Shown here: one piece after another, positions 60,334 through 64,000 of the stretch
Layout of the letters: every line of letters starts with the position of its first letter
How positions within the stretch are numbered: position 1 is the first letter of the stretch
From: Polyangiaceae bacterium
GTDB lineage: Bacteria; Myxococcota_A; Polyangia; Polyangiales; Polyangiaceae
DNA: 64,000 nucleotides
Assembly: GCA_965222375.1 (NCBI GenBank)
Contig: CBDCTZ010000016.1
Span: forward strand, 1,632,001-1,696,000
Direction of reading: 5' to 3'
Translations under genes and position numbers: made by a program
The notes under the pieces: model-generated
Told to the model about the DNA's origin: nothing
Database searches by the model: none
The model's input: only the letters and a program-made list of their open reading frames with translations

Positions 60334-61035
60334 TTACAACCGCGCGGCGCCTAAGTCGCCGAGCCAGCTTTCCAGCGCCTCGGAGCGGGGAGCGCCGCTG
60401 GAGACGTGGCGGACGTGGCCGTCGGCATCGATGACGATGAACGTCGGGAGCACTTGGATTCGATACTTGGAGGCAACGCTCCCGTCGTCGTGTACGACTT
60501 CGTAGGGGATGTCCCAGGCCTGCTTGAGCTGCGCGGCCACGCGGCGATCCCTGTCCACACTCACGCCGACGAAATGCACTTCTTTCCTGCGCCTGGATAG
60601 CGCGGCCTCTCGCAGCATCGGCGCCGCGCGTCGGCAGGCATTGCACCAGCTGGCAAACACCTCGACCACCACGGGTTTGCCGCGCAAATCCGAGAGCTTC
60701 ACCCGAGAAGTGCCGTCAGCGGAGCGCAGGTTGAACTCTGCGGCGATGTCGCCCACCGGCGGCCCCGACGGCTTCTTGGCGACCAGGGCCAACCCGACCC
60801 CGAGGGCGACGACGAAGAGTAGTGCCCGAAATACGTTCGCGCTTTTCGGCGCGTCGCCCGAAGCGCTCTTGGACCCAGGGGGCGCGCCATGTGTGCGCTC
60901 GGACTTCGAACTCTTCGGCGCGTCGCCCGAAGCGCTCTTGGACCCAGGGGACGCGCCACGTGTGCGCTCGGACTTCGAACTTTTCGGCGCGCGTTCAGGG
61001 TCTCTCGCTGGCGCTGCTCGCTCGGGCTGGCTCAT
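60334..61035 (-). CDS. TlpA/ResA-family membrane-anchored thiol:disulfide oxidoreductase
   Basis: LSDLRGKPVVVEVFASWCNAC, VGVSVD, VLPTFIVIDADG. ATGA overlap with the upstream gene. Confidence 0.9.
   Translation of the reverse strand: MSQPERAAPARDPERAPKSSKSERTRGASPGSKSASGDAPKSSKSERTHGAPPGSKSASGDAPKSANVFRALLFVVALGVGLALVAKKPSGPPVGDIAAEFNLRSADGTSRVKLSDLRGKPVVVEVFASWCNACRRAAPMLREAALSRRRKEVHFVGVSVDRDRRVAAQLKQAWDIPYEVVHDDGSVASKYRIQVLPTFIVIDADGHVRHVSSGAPRSEALESWLGDLGAARL
60842..60991 (-). repeat. 69-bp intragenic tandem repeat x2.2 encoding APKSSKSERT(R/H)GA(S/P)PGSKSASGD
   Basis: TTCGGCGCG at 60845, 60914 and 60983. Confidence 0.92.
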
Positions 61036-61733
61036 GGCGAAAGCACGCGTCGGCCCACGAGGGCGCCCGCGGCGGCAAGCGTGAGCACGGCGGCGCCATG
61101 GCCGAGCCAGAGGTGCCAGGTTTCGCCGCTGGGACAAGTCACGCCAATGGTCACAGCGCCGGCAAGGCCACCGACGAGCCCAGCCAGTGCTCCGGAGACG
61201 CCCGGAGATAGCGGATCCGTGCCGCGCCACAGGAATAGGGTTCCGCCGCCAGAGATGGCGCCGAACAAGAGCGCATGCAGCCCGCAGCCCAGAGCGCCGC
61301 CACCGTGGCCGGCTGTGAAGAACTCACCGAGGGGGAGCTGCTCACTGGCGGCAAAGGCCAGGTAGGCGAGGAAGAACACCGGCACGGTGACTGCCAATGC
61401 GAGGCGCATACCGGCCGCCCCGCGCCGCCCGGGCGGACGCAGGAAACCCGTGACCAGCACGAGGGCCTGCACCACGGCCCAACCTGCGGCGCCGAATAGG
61501 GCGGCGCGCAGTGGACCTTCGGGTCGATCTACGGAAAGAACGCCGAATAGCACCACGATCACGATCGCGAGGGCGAAAGAGAGCATGGTTCGACTAGTCG
61601 CTGACATGCCGCGACTGGGCCGAAGGCTCTCGGTGCACTCCTTTTTGATGGACGCAGCCAGGTCGGCCCGGGGGACCTCGGGCTCGGGCCAGGCCAAATC
61701 CTGGAGCGCATCATCCGTCGGCACGTCGCTCAT
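61032..61733 (-). CDS. NrsF/DUF1109-like membrane anti-sigma factor
   Basis: About six TMs. ALGCG and VTCPSGETWHLWLGH. Immediately downstream of an ECF sigma. Confidence 0.78.
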   Translation of the reverse strand: MSDVPTDDALQDLAWPEPEVPRADLAASIKKECTESLRPSRGMSATSRTMLSFALAIVIVVLFGVLSVDRPEGPLRAALFGAAGWAVVQALVLVTGFLRPPGRRGAAGMRLALAVTVPVFFLAYLAFAASEQLPLGEFFTAGHGGGALGCGLHALLFGAISGGGTLFLWRGTDPLSPGVSGALAGLVGGLAGAVTIGVTCPSGETWHLWLGHGAAVLTLAAAGALVGRRVLSP

Positions 61734-62275
61734 TAGCTCCGCTTGAACCTCTCGAGCTCCTTACGGAGGAAGTTATAGCCACGGTGCACTCGGAGTTTGA
61801 CGGCCGTCGAGCTCGTTCCAAGCACATCCGCGGCTTCGCTGACTGAAAGGCCGGTCAACTTCGTCAATTGGATCGCCTCTCGGTAGGTTTCGGGCATGGC
61901 GTTCAAAGCCCGCTCCAACGCTTCGGACACGTCATTGGGCACCCCGTTGGGCTCCTGGTGGGGCTCGGGCAGGCTGCCGTCGCGGCTCAGGTCTTCGGTT
62001 CGGCTCTTGGCGGCCCGGCGCTCATCGTAGAAGGAGCGCCGCGCGATCGCCAGCACCCAGGGGAGCAATGGTGCGCCGCGCAGGTAGCTGCCGCGGGCGC
62101 GATGGATTTTCGAGAACGTGATCTGGAGTAGGTCTTCGGCGCGCTCGCGGTGGCGGGTCAATCGGAGCAGGTAGCCGAAGAGCTTGGGTGACAGCTGCTG
62201 GTACAGGTCGTCGAAGGCGGCGGCATCGCCGTCAACGTAGCGCTCCATGAGCGATTCGAGCGTATCCGACTTCAC
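61733..62275 (-). CDS. ECF sigma-70 factor
   Basis: GDAAAFDDLY, AEDLLQITF, PWVLAIARR, EAADVLGTSSTAVKLRVHRG. Start re-chosen at GTG 62275. Confidence 0.92.
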   Translation of the reverse strand: MKSDTLESLMERYVDGDAAAFDDLYQQLSPKLFGYLLRLTRHRERAEDLLQITFSKIHRARGSYLRGAPLLPWVLAIARRSFYDERRAAKSRTEDLSRDGSLPEPHQEPNGVPNDVSEALERALNAMPETYREAIQLTKLTGLSVSEAADVLGTSSTAVKLRVHRGYNFLRKELERFKRS

Positions 62276-62359
62276 AAGGACGACCCCGGACCAGGGCTGG
62301 GTGAGCCACTGGCCCCCGGCCGTTAGAATTGGGAAACAGACGGTAGGCACCAGCAAAAC

Positions 62360-62385
62360 TACGCGGCGCCTGCCGCCCGGGTTTC
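62360..62385 (-). promoter_or_regulatory. Candidate ECF-type (autoregulatory) promoter GAAACC-N16-CGTA
   Basis: Minus strand reads GAAACC cgggcggcaggcgccg CGTA, about 85 bp upstream of the sigma start. Fits the AAC/CGT ECF pattern. Confidence 0.5.
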
Positions 62386-62400
62386 TCCAACAATTCCCAA

Positions 62401-63249
62401 TTAAATCAGCGACTTGAGATCAAGCATTTCCGAAACATCGGGCATTACCACGAGTTCCACCCTGCGGTTGGACTGTCGGCCCTCTTTCGTTTCGTTCTTG
62501 CTCACGGGGTCAGTCTCCGCATAGCCCGCGGGGTGGAGCAGGTTGCCGTCGAGGCCGCCGCCGCCGCCCTTGGCGTCCACGGGAGCCACCAAGAACAGCA
62601 GGACCTGGCGAGCGCGCATGGCGCTCAGGCCCCAGTTGTCGCCGAAGCGCCCGCCGCGGAGCGGCTTGTTATCCGTGTGCCCGGCAACCTGATAGTAGCG
62701 CTTGGCCAACTGCTTGTCGTTGCGGATGACCTCAGCGACTGCCGTGAGCACTTCTTTGCCCTTGTCCTTGAGCCTGTCCTTGCCCGACGCGAAGAGCACG
62801 TCGCCGGGAAGGCGAATCACCATTCGGTTACGCCGGATTTCGACCTTCAATCCCATGTTGGTCAGCTTCTGGAGCTTGCCGCGCAGGGTATCGAAGCGAG
62901 CTTTGATGCGCTCGAGAGCAGCTGCACGCCTTTTGTACTCCTCGAGAGCACGCTTGAGCTGCTCCAGGTTCTTGGCGAGCTGCTCCTTCTCGGTGCCCGT
63001 CGCTTGCAGTTGCTGGTTCAGCTCATCCATGTTCACGCCCATCGACTTGAGCTGCTCGGTCAGGTCCGAGACCCGCTTCATCGTGGCTTCGAGCTCTTCC
63101 TTGGTCCTTTGATGGGCAGTCTGCTCGTCCTGGTGTTGGCGACTCAATTGATCGTACTTGGCCAGCTGAGCTTGCCATTCATCCTCGGAGTACCCGCAGG
63201 CGGCCACAGCGAACATTGAAATAAGCAGAATCAGTCGATGTTTGAACAC
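62401..63249 (-). CDS. OmpA/MotB-family lipoprotein with long coiled coil
   Basis: GGAGG before GTG 63249. Lipobox VAAC. VLFASG, VAGHTDN, NWGLSAMRA, NRRVEL. Confidence 0.9.
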   Translation of the reverse strand: MFKHRLILLISMFAVAACGYSEDEWQAQLAKYDQLSRQHQDEQTAHQRTKEELEATMKRVSDLTEQLKSMGVNMDELNQQLQATGTEKEQLAKNLEQLKRALEEYKRRAAALERIKARFDTLRGKLQKLTNMGLKVEIRRNRMVIRLPGDVLFASGKDRLKDKGKEVLTAVAEVIRNDKQLAKRYYQVAGHTDNKPLRGGRFGDNWGLSAMRARQVLLFLVAPVDAKGGGGGLDGNLLHPAGYAETDPVSKNETKEGRQSNRRVELVVMPDVSEMLDLKSLI

Positions 63250-63382
63250 GGTATCCTCCAAAAAAGCGGCTGCGCCGATTGTCAGCTAGGCGATCTTGCC
63301 GAGACTTTTTTGCGATATCCCTGCTGCTGTCAACCACTCGTGGCGCCCCGGCCCGGGGCGCGCTGATATTGCGCAGTCGCTC

Positions 63383-63738
63383 TCAAGCCAGTTGAACGGA
63401 GCGCCTGGAAAGACAGCCGTATTCGAAGCCCTCGGCCGGGAAGGTCGCTTGGTGGGTGGCGGCGCTAGCGGCCCCAATGCTGACCAGGAGCGGGAGGAAG
63501 TGCTCCTGCGTGGGGTGGTTTTCGTGGAGCGCGGGTGCTCGGGCTCGGAATTGCACAGAGCGTCGAAGTTCTTGGTCTGGAGGCATTCGCGATACCACTC
63601 ATCGAACTCCTGCGCCCAACTGGGTGGCGGACCGGATCACAGATGGATGCGACGCAGGTTGTGGGTCAAGTTGCCGCTGCCGGCGATGAGTACGCCGAGT
63701 GCCAAGCTGAACTGTCTACGGCTTAGCGGGGTTGGCAT
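63383..63738 (-). pseudogene. Disrupted DODA/YgiD-type extradiol dioxygenase
   Basis: MPTPLSRRQFSLALGVLIAGSGNLTHNLRRIHL* (TGA 63637-63639), then SGPPPSWAQEFDEW in frame. Frameshift near 63556 to QFRARAP...HPTQEHFLPL...GCLSRRS. The N-terminal catalytic half is absent. Confidence 0.8.
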
Positions 63739-63841
63739 CGGGTATTTTCAGGCTACTCACGACGGGATCCCCTGAGAAGGCTCTGGCGCGTAACGCTCTG
63801 TTGTCAGGCTGGAACGCTCGACTTGCAGCCGTTTTCGTGGC

Positions 63842-63861
63842 GTGTCACCTAGCTGTCACAC
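63842..63861 (+). promoter_or_regulatory. Pho-box-like direct repeat
   Basis: GTGTCACCTAGCTGTCACAC. TGTCAC at 63843 and 63854 (11-bp period), about 40 bp upstream of a response regulator. Confidence 0.65.
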
Positions 63862-63902
63862 GCAGCAGCTAGCACCTAGCGGGCGCGAGCCCCGACGAGA
63901 CC

Positions 63903-64000
63903 ATGGCCAACATATTGGTGATTGAAGATGAACCCGACCTTCGGGAGGTCCTGAGCTTCAATCTGAAGCAGGCCGGGCACGAAGTGCTGGCGACCGCGTC
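63903..64000 (+). CDS. Response regulator (OmpR/PhoB-like receiver), 5' part only
   Basis: MANILVIEDEPDLREVLSFNLKQAGHEVLATA..., running off the window. Confidence 0.8.
   Translation, partial: MANILVIEDEPDLREVLSFNLKQAGHEVLATA

Noticed and set aside
63343..63361. GCGCCCCG-GCC-CGGGGCGC hairpin as an intrinsic terminator
   Set aside because: Good stem but no adjacent U-tract on either strand, so it cannot be supported as a terminator.
63637..63639. In-frame TGA as selenocysteine
   Set aside because: It falls in a variable loop with no expected Cys, and the locus also has a frameshift and a large deletion.

Overview
GC-rich, gene-dense chromosomal segment, most likely from a myxobacterium (Myxococcota, probably Polyangiaceae-like). 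The assignment rests on four MYXO-CTERM surface proteins, a CdnL-type CarD, two PEGA-type Ser/Thr kinases and many Gly/Cys-rich lipoproteins. About 57 coding regions are supported. Housekeeping: tyrS, HU/IHF, mnmA, tilS, ftsH, a CCA-type nucleotidyltransferase, lipB, PduO, LolC/E, sfsA and a sirtuin. Signalling: His kinase, REC-GAF-HD-GYP, PilZ proteins, FliA-type and ECF sigma factors, and a PhoB-like regulator at the right edge. Secreted hydrolases are also present. No rRNA, tRNA, CRISPR array, transposase or integrase was recognised. Most notable observations: (1) a dispersed, highly structured ~180-bp intergenic element in two copies, built from tandem CTTC-loop hairpins with compensatory changes; (2) an ABC-type cassette whose ATPase has lost every catalytic motif; (3) an orphan FliA sigma plus T3SS inner-rod-like gene pair; (4) an HmuY + metalloprotease + subtilase module; (5) an ECF sigma-NrsF-thioredoxin operon with a candidate autoregulatory promoter; (6) a Pho box; (7) two frameshifted loci. 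All family calls come from motifs recognised by eye. No database search or folding program was run, and several start codons were re-chosen from RBS, overlap or signal-peptide evidence.
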